Shown here: one piece after another, positions 29,906 to 41,703 of the stretch
How the letters are laid out: the number at the start of each line of letters is the position of its first letter
Position numbering within the stretch: position 1 is the stretch's first letter
NCBI GenBank assembly: GCA_964291215.2
Contig: OZ219791.1
Coordinates: forward strand, 1,856,001 to 1,920,000
Length of the DNA stretch: 64,000 nucleotides
Direction of reading: 5' to 3'
Source: Alphaproteobacteria bacterium
GTDB lineage: Bacteria > Pseudomonadota > Alphaproteobacteria > MPNO01 > UBA830
The notes under the pieces: generated by a model
The model's database searches: none
Seen by the model: the letters and a program-made list of their open reading frames with translations, nothing else
What the model was told of the DNA's origin: nothing
Position numbers and translations under genes: made by a program

Positions 29906-32900
29906 CTACCAGCGGAGCGCGCCGCGCAGCATGAGGCTGTCTTCGGGGCCCGGCCGGTGCGCGCCCTCGAGGCCGAGAGACAGCCCCGCGCCGAGGCGGT
30001 AGCGCGCACCGAGCCGCAGGGTGCGTGCGCCCGCCAGGCTCAAGCCGGCCCAGGGGGTGAGCACCGCCAACGGCCCCGGACCGGGCAGGCCGAAGCCGTG
30101 GCCCACCTCCGCCTCCAGACGGCTCTCTGCCGCGCCGGATGCAGCCGCGGGCAGGTCGAACAGCTGCCCGAGGCCGCTCTCCGTGCGCCCGTGCGCGGGA
30201 CCGAAGGCGAGGAACGTCCCGCGCCCGTCGGCCCCGGGGTCGAGGCGCACAAGCGCGCTCACCCCCCACTCGTCGCGCTCCGCCTCGTGCGCCGCCAGGA
30301 GCCGCGCGCGCAGCTCCGCCGTCAGACCCGCCGCCGGGTCCCGCCAGGTCACGCCCGCCCCGGCCTCGAGGCCCGCCCCTTCGCCAACGCCGCCGTCATG
30401 GCGCACCCCCGCCTCCAGCGCCGGCGTCAGCGTCGCACCGCCCGCCAGCGCGTGCTCGTACGAGCCCTCCAGCAGCAGCCGCGTCGTCTTCGCCGTCAGC
30501 CCCTCCAGACCGTCATCGGCCTCCGTGCGCAGACGCGCCGCCGAACCCTCGCCCTTCACCGCAAGGCGCGTCATCCCGCCCTCGATCAGCTCTGCATCCT
30601 CGGCCAGGACGCTGCGCCCGCCCGCAGACACGCTCCAATGCGTCAGCCCGGCGCTGCGCGCCGCCGCGCCTTCCTCGGTAATCCGCACCTCGCCGGTCCC
30701 GTAGCCGAGGCTCGCCCACAGGGTCGAGCCGTCCGGCGCCAGCCACGCCGCATAGGGGTGCACCGACGTGATCGTGGTCTCGTGCACGCCCTTCACCCCG
30801 CCCGTCTGCGTGTCCAGCTCGCCCCGCGCATGGGAGAGCGCCGCCCCGGCCAGCAGGTCCGGGCGCACCCGCAGGTCCGCCCCCAGCTGCGCCGACCACA
30901 GGCCGCCGTCCCAGGTGACATCCTTCTCCGAACCCGACAGCGACAGCCACTCGCCCCGGCCCCACACCGCCAACGGCGGCGCGGATGCCCCGTCCTCCCC
31001 GGCGCCCGCCGCCAGCGTGAAGGACGCCCCGTCCAGCATCTCGCTCAGCGTCGGCTCCTCCGGGCGCGGCGACGCCCACTCGTCCTCCACCGGCGGCAGG
31101 GCGCCGAACCGCAGCGAGCTGCCCGGCCTGCCGGCCGCCTCGATGCGACCCGTCACCGCCCCCAGGGTCTGCGACATCGCCGCCGCCGCCACATGCGGCA
31201 GCACCGCCGCATTCACCCGGTTCGCCCGCGCCGCGGAACCCCGGTCGCGCAGCACGCCCGCAGCCGTCGCGTCGCTCCCCACCGCGTAGTCCGCACCGTC
31301 GTTCAGCGTGATGCGGTAGGCTTCCGTCCCCTCCGTATCCGCATCGGCCGCGGTCGGGATCGTCACCACCCCCGTGGTGCGCGCCGCGGCGCCGAACACC
31401 GCATCGAACGAACGCGGCCCCAGACCGCCCGGAACGTCACCGGCATCGAAGCCGCTTGCGTTGCGCGCCGACAGCGTCAGGCTGACCGTCAGGCTGCCCG
31501 TCAGCGCCCGGTCGGCGGTCACCGCGAGGCGGATGTCGTCGCCCTCGGTCACCGCCGCAGGATCCTGCGCCAGCGTCAGCACCGGCAACAGCGTCGTGTC
31601 CGTCACCGCCACCGAATCGATGGTCACCGAACCGTAGCCGCCGCCCGAGGCGCCGTGGGTCAGCGTCGCCGTGTCGTCGGTCGTGTCCTCGTCACGGGCC
31701 GCGCGCACCGTCACCGTCTGCGCCGTGTCCCAGTTGGTTGTCGTGAAGGTCAGGCTGGCCGGTTCCACCGTCACGTCGCCCGACGCGCCGCCCACCGTCA
31801 CCGTGACATCGCCCGAGGGTTCCGCGTCCAGCACCACCGTGTAGGCCGCACTGCTGCCCTCCGCCACCGTCAGCGCGGTCGGCGTCACCGTCACGCTTGC
31901 GGCGGGGGTCGTGCCGCCGCCGCCGCCGCCGCCGCCTCCGCCGGACGGCGGCGCCGCCGGCGCCACCGGCGTCGCCGTCACCGGCGCATCCGGACCCGCC
32001 CCGTTGCCGGCCCCGTTCACCGCGCGCACCTCGAACTGGTAGGCGGTGCCGTTGGTCAGACCGCTCACCTCGTGGCTGGTGGTGCCCGCACCGGAGCCGG
32101 GAATGTCCTCCCACTCGCCCCACTCGCCGCTGCCGGCCTTCCGCCGCACCTGCCACTTCGTGATGGTCGGGTTGTCCGGGTCGGTCCAGCTCAGCGTCAC
32201 CGAGCCGCTGCCCGCCGCGCCGGCAAGGCCGGCCGGCTTCAACGGCGCCGCATCCTTCTCCGCCACGCTCACCACCACATCGGCGATGCTCACCGAGCCG
32301 TAGCCGCCGCCCGAGGCACTGTGCGTCAGCGTCACGGCGGGGTCCGTGTTCGTGTCCGTGTCCGTGCCTGCGTTCACCGTCACCGTCTGCGGCTGGTTCC
32401 AGTCGGTCCGGGTGAAGGTCAGCGCGCTCTGGTTGCCGGTCATGACGGTGTCGGTGTCCACCGTCACGTCCCCCGACATGCCCGCCACCGTTATCGTCAC
32501 ATCCGATGATGGCGGCGTGTTCAGCCGCATCGTGTACGTCCTGCTGCCCCCTTCCGCCACCGTCAGCGCCGCCGTCGATACCGTCACCCCCGGCGTATCG
32601 GCCACCGTCACGTCCACCGTGCCCGCATCCGGGATCGCATCCGCCGTGGCTCCCGTCAGCCGGAAGGCGTGGTTGATCACCGCCGTGCCGTTCGCCACAC
32701 CGGTCACCGTCACCGTCCGCGCCGTGTTGTAGTTGCTGGTGGTAAATGTCAGGCTCGCCGGACTCACCCGCGCCGCCGCCGTGGCGTCGCTCGTCACCCG
32801 CAGCGTCCCCGCAAACGCCTTCGTCAGCGCCACCGTGTAGGTCGCCGTGGAACCGGGCGCCACCGTCACCGGCGTCCCGGTCAGCGTGAGCGCCGCCGTG

Positions 32901-34941
32901 GTGTCGTCCTTGAAGGTCACCGTACGAATGTTCGACCAGGGACCCTGAAGGTTGCCCGTTCCCCCGGCGACACCCGCCATGCGATAGCCCGTTGCCCGAA
33001 CCCGGACCTCGACCGATGCCCCGTCGGGATAGTCCAGCAGAAGCCGATTGCTGCGAGAGCCCGGGTTCTGTCTGGCACTCGCCTGGTTGAGACTGCGATC
33101 CGTCCAGGTGCTGGCCCCCTTCAGCCGGGTCTGCGCTCTCCACCAATGGAACTTGGCCGCGTCCTTCACATAGTCGTCCGCATCCGACAACTCGTTCGAG
33201 CCGCCGGCATGGGTCCAGGTCAGGTCGATCTGCCCGTTCGTCGTCGAGGTCGCCGCCGTCAGAACCGGGGCCGCCGGATCGGTCTTCGCCGTCACCTGGT
33301 CCGACCACACCGACTGCACCCCGGGACTGACCGCCGCAAACAGGCGGAACGTGTAGTCCGTGCCCTTCGTCAGCCCCGTCACCCGGACGCTCGTCCTGCT
33401 TCTGCCCGTGACCGTCGTGGTCGTGTTCCAGCCCCCCGTGCTCTTGTACTGGTAGCCCCAGCTCGTTATCGGAATGCCCGACAGGCCGCTCCAGCTCAGG
33501 GTGACCGAGGCATCGCCCCCGGCCGCCGTCAGGACCGGCTTGGGAACCGTATTCGTCGGCGTCGCCTTCACCTGGTCCGACCACACCGACTGCACACCGG
33601 GACCGACCGCGGCGAACAGCCGGAACGTGTATTCCGTCCCGATCGTCAGACCCGTCACCGTGGCGCTCGTCGTGCTGCCGCCGGTGACCGTCCGGGTCCT
33701 GATCCAGCTGCCGCCCGCGGGCTTGTACTGATAACCCCAGCTCGCAACCGTCACACCCGACAAGGCGCTCCAGCTCAGGGTGACCCTGGCGTAACCCGGT
33801 TCGGCGCTCAGCACCGGCTTGGGAACCGCCGCCGACGGCGTCGCCTCCACCACCGCCGACGCGGCGCCGTTGCCGCCGCTGTTCCGCGCCCGGATGCGGA
33901 AGCGGTACTCGCTGTCGTTGTCCAGACCCGTCACCGTGTGGGTCGTGGTGTCCGCGTCCGAACCGGAAATCGCGGTCCAGCTGCCCCAGGCGGCGCTGCC
34001 CTTCCTCTGCTGCACCCGATACCTCGTGATCGAATCGTCGTCCGGATCGGTCCACGTCAGCTTCACCTGACGGTTGCCCGCCTCCGCCGACAACCCCGTC
34101 GGCGCCGCGGGAACGGCAACGGTGGGCGTGCTGCTGCCCGTGGGCGTGGCATTGACCTGGTTTGAAACACCCTTGCCCGCACTGTTCACCGCTCGTATCT
34201 GGAAGGAATACTCCGAGCCCCCATCCAATCCACTCACCGTGTGGCTCTCCGTGCTGGCGCCGGAGCCTGGTATGGCGGTCCATTCGCCCCATGCAGCGAC
34301 TGTCTTGGTGTATCTCACTTCATAGCCGGTGATCGTGCCGGTCGGCTTGGTCCACGTCAGCAACACCTGCGCGGGGCCGCCGGGCGTCGCCGTCAGACCC
34401 GTCGGGGCGGCGAGCGTCGTGACCGCCGTCGGGGTCGCGGAAACTGTATTCGAATCCACCTGGCCATGACCGGACCAGTTATTGCTGAGAAAGAAGTCGT
34501 AGGACGTGCCAGGTGTCAACCCGGTCAGCGTGTAGCTGCCGGAGTTCGCGCTAGTCAGTGTCTTACTCTGGTAGGATCCACCGGCGGGTCTATGAGAGAG
34601 TCTTGTAACAAGGAATCCGGCTGGCGTCGGCGAAGAAGTGGTCCATGTGAGTGTCACCTGCCCCGGCCCCGGCGTGGCGGTGAGGGTAACGGTCACTTGC
34701 GCCTGCGCAGCCTGCGGCGCAAAGACGGTGGTCAGTGTGATGAGGAAGAGGGCAGCGAGTCCCGCCTTCAGGCGGCGGGCGGTTCTCCCGGGGGCGCCCA
34801 CCGGCTCAGCCCCGCGCCCTGACTCTTGAGGGGGGGGGGGGGGGGTACAACGAGTTCGGGTTCGCGCGCGCGTGAGGCGCTCACGCTCCGCCCGAAGAGC
34901 CGCAGGTCATGCATCCCGACATCGCCCGGCATCCGCGTCAT
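29906..34941 (-). CDS. Large FN3/Ig-like repeat autotransporter adhesin; 5' end frameshifted at a C16 tract
   Basis: 1631-aa ORF from GTG 34801 with signal peptide (..FAPQAAQA), about 7 FN3 repeats, 3 LTFT..QTVTV-type repeats and a beta-barrel ending LRGALRW; SD-preceded ATG at 34941 is out of frame. Confidence 0.85.
34830..34845. repeat. G16 homopolymer (C16 on the coding strand)
   Basis: Read directly; (CG)5 nearby at 34863-34872. Confidence 0.9.
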
Positions 34942-36574
34942 GACCCCATCCTCCCGTGTCGAATTCCAAACCTGCGCCGCAGCCGCACGGCCGCAACAAT
35001 TCCATCATAACAATCCATAACCCGTCCGCAGGCCGGTTTCAAGGCGCGCCGCGCCCGATACACGGCGATCCCACGCCAGGTTTGTTGGAAGGGTCGGTTT
35101 CGCTTGTTCAAGATGATTCGCATTTTCGCTGGCTTTTTGTGAAGCGGCGTAGTATCCGTTGTCGTGGAGGCAGCGGATTTTTTTGAGACGACTCTGGAGG
35201 GTTTTGCGCTCCGGGATGTGGTTGTGCGCCTTGCGCGGCCTGGTGCCGCTGGAATCGTGTCGTTGACCGTATCTTGGTTTCAAGCAGCTTGCCGGTCGAT
35301 GTCTGCGTGTTCACCTGGCGCGGGCGGTGGATTGGCGCTGCGGGCTGGCAGACGGGCGCCCTCGGCTGCGCACCCGTTGGATTGGCTGGCGCCGCGAGGA
35401 ACAGTTCAGGCGGTTGCCGGGAACAACACGAGGTTTGTTGTTCCTGGTGGTCGTTTCCGGGCCTTGCCTCGTTTGCGTTGTCGCGGATGGTGCGGCGGCG
35501 ACCGGGAGGCTGCCGTTGCTTGTTGCGGAGAAGTTTGTCTCGCCGACGAAGTTCAGCGGCACCATGTACAAGGCGGCGAACCGGGAGTGCGCTGGCAGGA
35601 GCCATGCGCGCGCTAGCGGGCGCCGACCGGGGAGGCGAAGGATCCTTACGTATTTCCGCTGCGTCGTGACGTCGGTTGCAGGATCGTTCGCCGCTTCCTG
35701 CGGCGTGGGAGTTGCGGGCGCCGCTGGTCGGCGCAGGAGTTGCGCTCGATTTATCAGCGGCGCTTTCCGGCGCGCGCAGGGGCATCGCCGGTGCGCAGAA
35801 TGTGCTGCGTCGTCTCAGCGCCGCTTTCCGGCGCGCGCAGGGGCATCGCCTCGGTACTGTGCGTGATGGCGCGGCTTGCGAACCGGCGCGGTTGCGGCGG
35901 CGCACTACGACGCAGAAGGAGCTGGAGCAGCGTGGAAGAACAGGGACAAGCCGACCTCCAGATCGACCGTGCACCGGGTGCTGCAGAACACCGACCCGGG
36001 ATGGATCGAGGATGCGGCGCGCAGCCGCAGGTCGGCAACGCGGTCGACGGCAAGCGCATCCGCGGCCGCACCGGCGAGGATCATTACGAGACAGTCTCGC
36101 TGGCACGGGACCGGTATGCCGGTATTCGATCCTCAACTATCACGACGGGGAGATCGCTGCCGTCCACGCCGCGACGGCCGTCTGCTCACCCTCGACGCGC
36201 TCCACACCACCCGCGAGGCTGATCATCGAGACCCATCGCGCGGACTGATGGTCAAGGGCAACGCACCTTCGAGAGAGCATCAACTGGAAGACCGCCAGCG
36301 CTACAACGAAAAGCCCGCGCATGGCCGCCAGCGCACCATCTTCACCCCGCTGGCGAAGATGATCAACTAGCAGATCTTCCGCGTCACCCGGCGCGTCGAA
36401 TTCAAGAAATCCAGAAAACCGAATACGCCATATGACCAGGTTTTGTCCCCTTGATGATGAAATCATCCACAGCAGTTGGGGGCGGGAAAATGTGGATCTG
36501 TGGGAGAGCGTCCGGTTTATGGTTGCAGAGAGATTCCGCTCCCCTGAGCGAACACGCACAAGGGATCAAACGAT

Positions 36575-36698
36575 CTCCGCGAAGGTTGCCGTTTTGACCT
36601 TGACAGAGCCGCGTCCGAGTTTGGCAACCTCCCTTGACGTCCCTCGCTGGATGCCTGGGTTTGAACCCGTATTATCACAAGGCGAGGAGCAAGGGACG
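36575..36698 (+). ncRNA. Putative IS110 bridge RNA, copy A
   Basis: Stem AGGTTGCC/GGCAACCT enclosing TTGACCT and GTCCGAG; second stem CGTCCCT/AGGGACG enclosing TGGATGC, which equals the element right end. Confidence 0.55.
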
Positions 36699-37314
36699 AT
36701 GGTCAAGGTAGTAGCAGGGGTCAGCCAGTCTGGACATCTGGCGCATTGTTTTGCGAACGACGCCACGGGCAGGTGGCTTCGCGGCCTCGGGGTGAGCCGG
36801 GTGGTGGGCGACAGGCCGCTATCACCGCAAGGTTCACCAGTGTCTTCATGACCGGGGCTTCGAGGTTATTCTCGTCAACCCGTTGCGGGCGCTTCGCCGA
36901 GGCGATGGGCCAACCGCGTCGACGCCAAGATCGGCTGGGCGATCTTGAGCCTGTGGCTCCGCCTTCCTCAAGAGCCTGGAGGATCTCTTGGTGCCGCGCT
37001 TGTCGACGCCAAGCAGGTGGCAGATGAGGTGGATGGCGAGACCGTCACAAGGGCCTCGGCGGCCGATCTCGATGATTGCATTGCCGGCGCGGCGATCAAA
37101 GCGGTGATCACCGGTGATCCCGAGCAGAGGTACGCCATCCTGACCTCGATCCGGTGACCGCCGCGGCCCTTCTGGATGCCCGAACTCGGCAGCGTCGGCA
37201 GCCTTGATCGGGGTGGCGCCAACGACCACGGTGCTCGGCACATCCGTGGCGGGCACCGAAGGCCACGTGATCTCCTGTTCATGGCCGCAACCGGCACGCT
37301 TCAACGCGGACCTA

Positions 37315-38464
37315 GTGTCTTGTCATTCGTCAAATGTCGAATAAAGGCGTTTGAGTTTCACGCGGGCATCGTCGGTGGTGAACTGCCAATCCACCTTGGC
37401 CTGAATGCGGTCGCCTGCCAGGCGGCGACTTCCCGGCGTAGCACCTCGATGCAGTCGATGCGGCGGTTCAGGCGGATCATGACGTTGAGTTCGACCACGT
37501 TCAGCCAACTGCCGTGCTTGGGGGTGTAGACGAACTCGAAGCGGTCCCACAGGGCCTTGGCCTCGTCCGGCGGGTAGGCCTCGTAGAGGGCGCCGGGGAG
37601 TGTTGAGATTGTCCATCACCAGGGTGATGGTGGTGGCATCTTGGTAGCGCCCGGCGATGTCGGCCAGGAACTGCGCCCAATCGATCTTGCGCTCGGTTAC
37701 CTTGGTCATGCGCTTGCCGGCCAGGGGTTCCGTGGCCATGAAGAAGTTGCAGGTACCGCAACGTCGATACTCGTAGTCGTTACGCCCGTCCCGGCGCCAT
37801 GGCGATCGGTTGCCGTGTCTCGCCGGTCGGGGCGTTTCGTCCATGCAGACCACGGGGAAGGCGGCGGGGCGGCGATAGACATCGAGTACCTTCTCCATCG
37901 CTGCGGCGAAGTCGGCGTTCCCTTGAGGAGGAATCACCCACCCAACCCGCTGCCATGGCTTGAGGCAGTTTTTTTTAGAACACGTCGCACCGTCTCGTGT
38001 GACACGGTGTAACCAAGCTCGACAACGCGGTCGGCCAGCAGCTGCAACGACCATTGCGCGTAACCCTCAGGCGGTTCACCACAACTCAGAGCCACCAAGC
38101 GCGCCTCGAAGACGCCGTCGGCTTTTCGCATATAGGTAGGACGGCGTCCTTGCCGGCCACCCAATGCCGCCTCCAGCCCCTCGAAACGCTTCTTTACTCG
38201 GTCTACTTTGCACATGCTGATGCGCAGAATCTCAGCAATGACCTTCCCGGTCATCTGGCATTCATTGAACGCGCTCTCGTCGCAGTTAAGCAGGATCAGG
38301 GCGTTGATTACCTTTTGCGACAGGTGCGAGCCCTTGGTCGTGATCTCCGAAAGTTCTGCCCGTTCGTCCAGGGTCACCACGTAGCGTTTCATACTCCGAC
38401 CTCCATCCCGAATGGACGGACAGTCTAGCACCAAATGTACGACATATCATTGCTGACATAACAC
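37315..38464 (-). mobile_element. IS630-family element with two ORFs, degraded
   Basis: TA duplicated at 37313-37314 and 38465-38466; IR GTGTCTTGTCA / TGACATAACAC; VCMDE, DYEYRRCGT, LVMDNLNT; A8 slippery site at 37969-37976. Confidence 0.88.
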
Positions 38465-38608
38465 TAGTGTTCGAGCGCCTCAAGACTGCCGGCAAGGCCC
38501 ACAAAGTCGCGATTGTCGCCGTGATGCGCAAGCTCTGGCGAACACCTTGCTGCGACAGCAGCGTTGCCTGAAGCACCGGCACGGTGAGTGAGCGAAGGAG
38601 ACACCCTC

Positions 38609-38800
38609 ATGGCCCTCACCCCTGCCGAGAGCGCGATCGGGACTGTCTCGACAGTCTCCCTCTACGACACGACTTGGGGAGAATGTCTGCAGATCATCGT
38701 CGAGGTCGACATCAAGGAGATCGAACCGCCTTGGGACACCTGGAACCCGGACGGTCACGTTACCATGCCCGGGGACGGCAAGGTAGCCGCGTTCACGTGA
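38609..38800 (+). pseudogene. Small passenger ORF of IS110 copy A
   Basis: GGAG SD then MALTPAE...SLYDTTWGECLQIIVEVDIKEIEPP; homologous to 57967-58224. Confidence 0.55.
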
Positions 38801-39496
38801 CCAATGGACGGCAACCCGCCGCCGGGACCACAAGCTTCATGTCGCCTCGCTCGCAGAGCAAACCCCACACCGCTTGTGGACAACCACAGAAAACATCACC
38901 ACAGACACCCGCAAAAACCTTGCCAAGAAACATGGATGCTCGGTCGAACGCGCCTCGCCGCAACAGTTGCTCGCATGGAATCGCGGACACCGGGTAGTCG
39001 AGAGCCATCATCATGTCCGCGACGCCACCTTCCGCGAAGACGACTCCATGCTCCGAACGCGCCCGCAAACAACGCGATCACCCTCGCAATCATCATCCAC
39101 AACAAGCGCAAGCTGCGCAAACCCTTCAACAGCTTCCCACCATGCCGACAAGCGCAAGCAGGTCCTGCACGCAATCACAAGACCAGGCTGACCGCGCCTC
39201 TCTGCCCGACAGAAACCGCAAGCTTTCGAGCCCGGCAACCAAACCCGGCAGGCCTCTCGCTCGCCCCGGATACGCCGACCAATCGCGCCCCGCGCCGCAA
39301 CAGCGCGTCAGCAAATCTCAAAATCGCAGTCTCGAACGCGTCGACCCGCGCCGCGATCAGGACTCCGATCACATCACATCAACAAGCATGGAATCACCTT
39401 GCCGTGGGGTGCCTGCGGCAATCTGGACATGGCAGGCCATCCCGACTAACGTTGGTGTCGGACCCGCTGCCGGGCGCCCTCCAACAGGAGATCGTC

Positions 39497-40318
39497 ATGA
39501 GCGAAATCACAAAGACCTATGTGGAAGGGACGCCTCGCCTCGCGGTGGATCATGCCGGAAGCGGTCCAATGGTCCTGTTCATGCATGGCATCGGCGGCAA
39601 CCGCTCGAACTGGTCCGATCAGATCGAGGCATGCAGTGCTTCTTTCCGTGCCGTGGCATGGGATGCTCGCGGTTACGGCGACTCTGACGATTACGAGGGC
39701 CCCCTGGACTTCGGAGACTTTGCCCGGGACGTGGTCAGGGTTCTCGATCATTTCGGATCGCAAAGGGCTCATCTCGTCGGCCTCTCGATGGGAGGCCGCA
39801 TTGCCCAGGATTTTTACGCGCGATTTCCCGACCGTGTCGCGACGCTCGTGCTGTGCGACACCATGTCCGATTTCACCTCGACGCTGAGCCCCGAAAAGCG
39901 GGCCGAATTCGTGCGCCTGAGGCAGGAGCCGCTGCTCGCCGGCAAGGAGCCCAAGGACATAGCGGACGACCTGGTCGCCAGCCTCATCGGGCCGAATGCC
40001 GGCGAAGCGGTGCGGCTGCGCCTCGGCAGGAGTATTGCCATGCTCCACAAGGAGTCCTATCTGAAGACGATAGAGGCGTCGCTCGCTTTTGACCGTTCGG
40101 CGGAAGTTGAGAAGATCGCTGTGCCGACGCTTCTGCTGTATGGAGAACATGACCGACTTACGCCTCCGGATGTTGGCCGCGCCCTTGCCGACCGGATTGC
40201 GGGATCGCGATTTGTCATGATCGAGAATGTCGGCCATCTGGCGAACATGGAACAGCCGCAGGCCTTCAACGCGGCGTTGCTCGCTTTCCTGGAGGAGCAC
40301 GGTGAACAGGCGGCCTGA
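39497..40318 (+). CDS. Alpha/beta fold hydrolase
   Basis: AGGAG SD; HGIGG, WDARGYGDS, GLSMGG nucleophile elbow, GEHD, GHLAN. Confidence 0.92.
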   Translation: MSEITKTYVEGTPRLAVDHAGSGPMVLFMHGIGGNRSNWSDQIEACSASFRAVAWDARGYGDSDDYEGPLDFGDFARDVVRVLDHFGSQRAHLVGLSMGGRIAQDFYARFPDRVATLVLCDTMSDFTSTLSPEKRAEFVRLRQEPLLAGKEPKDIADDLVASLIGPNAGEAVRLRLGRSIAMLHKESYLKTIEASLAFDRSAEVEKIAVPTLLLYGEHDRLTPPDVGRALADRIAGSRFVMIENVGHLANMEQPQAFNAALLAFLEEHGEQAA

Positions 40319-40566
40319 CTGAGCCGGCGTCAATCAAGGGGCTCGCCGCGACCCGCGCATTGTTCGCGCCCGCAGGGGCAGTTGCCCGGATCGGGTTGCG
40401 TCGTGCGCCCGGTCCTTGGCGGCAGCAGGGACGGTTCCGGCACCGGATGCGCGTTCGTCGGGCCGGTGCCCTGGCGCCGGATGGCGGAGAGATTCCGTGA
40501 AAGACATAGAGAAATTGCCAACCCATCGGAGCCTGGGCAGGCAGGTGCGGAATCGGTCCGGAAACG

Positions 40567-41703
40567 ATGGCTGAAGACTCGTCAGCGGCTCCATCGGACC
40601 GCGGTGCACGGCGCCGGGTCGGGTCGGTCGTGGTCGCGACGCTGCTTGCTGCCGGTGCTCTCGTGTGGCTTGCCTCCGGGCAGTTCGGCGACACCGGAGT
40701 CGGGACCGTCGGCATCGGGTCCCCGGCTGCCGGTCCCGCAAAAGAAAAACCGCTCGCTTCCGTGCGGGTTCGCCAGGTCTTCGCTATCCTTCACCAGCGG
40801 CAGATTCTGATCACCGGACGGACGCAGGAATCCCGGCACGTGACCATCCGGGCAGAGACCCCCGGTCCATTGGTCGAAATGCGCGTGCCACAGGGCGGCG
40901 CCGTCCGGAAGGGACAGATCATCGCGCGGCAGGATGTGCAGGACCGTCCGATGCGTTTCACAGAAGTCAGCTCGCTGGTTCGCCAGCGAGAGAGCGAATT
41001 CAAAGCGGCGCGCAGTCTCGGCGTGAAGGGTTTCCGGTCCGAGATCAAGATTGCCGAAGCGCGCGTCAAGCTTGAGACGGCCAAGGCGCAGGCGGAGGCC
41101 ATCCGCATTGATCTCGAGAGGACCGTGATCCGTGCGCCGTTTGCTGGCATTCTGGAAGAACTATGGGTTGATCTCGGGAGCTACGTCAAGGTCGGCGACA
41201 GGATCGGCTTTGTGATCGATCTCGATCCGATCCTGGCTGTCGGTTTCGTTTCGGAACGGCAGGTCTCGAAAATTCGTCCCGGCATGGCCGGAACCGTGCA
41301 CCCGGTTGGGAGCGCAGCGGCATCCGGAACGATCCGGTTCATAGGCAGCGTGGCGGATCCGGCTACCCGGTCTTTCAGGGTCGAAATGGAGGTTCCGAAT
41401 CCCGAGACAAGGGTCAAGGCGGGAGTTACTGTCGAGATGCGGCTGCCGCTGCCGCAAACGAGATCCTACATGATCTCGCCGGCAGTTCTGACCCTGGCCG
41501 ACGACGGCCGGATGGGCGTCCGCATCGTCGGAAGCGGCGACATTGTCAAGTTCGTTCCGGTCAGTATCCTCCGTGATTCGGCGGAGGGAGTCTGGGTATC
41601 CGGCCTCGCCGACGGGATGAGGCTCATTACGGTAGGCCATGAGTTCGTGAAGGCAGGTCAGAAGGTCCGTCCCGTTTCCGAGTCCGAGGAAACGGCGTCA
41701 TGA
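40567..41703 (+). CDS. RND efflux periplasmic adaptor subunit
   Basis: N-terminal TM; IRAPFAGI, ADPATRSFRVE, LITVGHEFV. Confidence 0.9.
   Translation: MAEDSSAAPSDRGARRRVGSVVVATLLAAGALVWLASGQFGDTGVGTVGIGSPAAGPAKEKPLASVRVRQVFAILHQRQILITGRTQESRHVTIRAETPGPLVEMRVPQGGAVRKGQIIARQDVQDRPMRFTEVSSLVRQRESEFKAARSLGVKGFRSEIKIAEARVKLETAKAQAEAIRIDLERTVIRAPFAGILEELWVDLGSYVKVGDRIGFVIDLDPILAVGFVSERQVSKIRPGMAGTVHPVGSAAASGTIRFIGSVADPATRSFRVEMEVPNPETRVKAGVTVEMRLPLPQTRSYMISPAVLTLADDGRMGVRIVGSGDIVKFVPVSILRDSAEGVWVSGLADGMRLITVGHEFVKAGQKVRPVSESEETAS

Larger units (their letters stand above)
36430..38940 (+). mobile_element. IS110-family element copy A (degraded, interrupted by IS630)
   Basis: About 270-bp left non-coding end, MVKVVAGV start at 36699, ILTSI..MPELG and AGKAHKVAIVAVMRKL remnants; right end AAACATGGATG then CT. 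Confidence 0.8.
35109..39401 (+). mobile_element. Degraded DUF4338/ISAs1 element hosting nested IS110 and IS630
   Basis: IR CAAGATGATTC / GAATCACCTTG; ETFVSP.KFSGTMYKAAN-like segment, LTLDALHT, SPQQLLAWNRGH..ESHHHVRDATFRED. Confidence 0.7.

Noticed and set aside
29957-34292. Long ORFs overlapping the autotransporter (850, 866 and 498 aa)
   Set aside because: Arg/Gly-rich shadow frames of a high-GC gene with no motifs
29906-34941. Diversity-generating retroelement acting on the adhesin
   Set aside because: No reverse transcriptase and no TR/VR pair with adenine-specific differences in the window
35754-35850. 36-bp direct repeat with 61-bp period
   Set aside because: Only two units inside a decayed transposase; local duplication, not CRISPR
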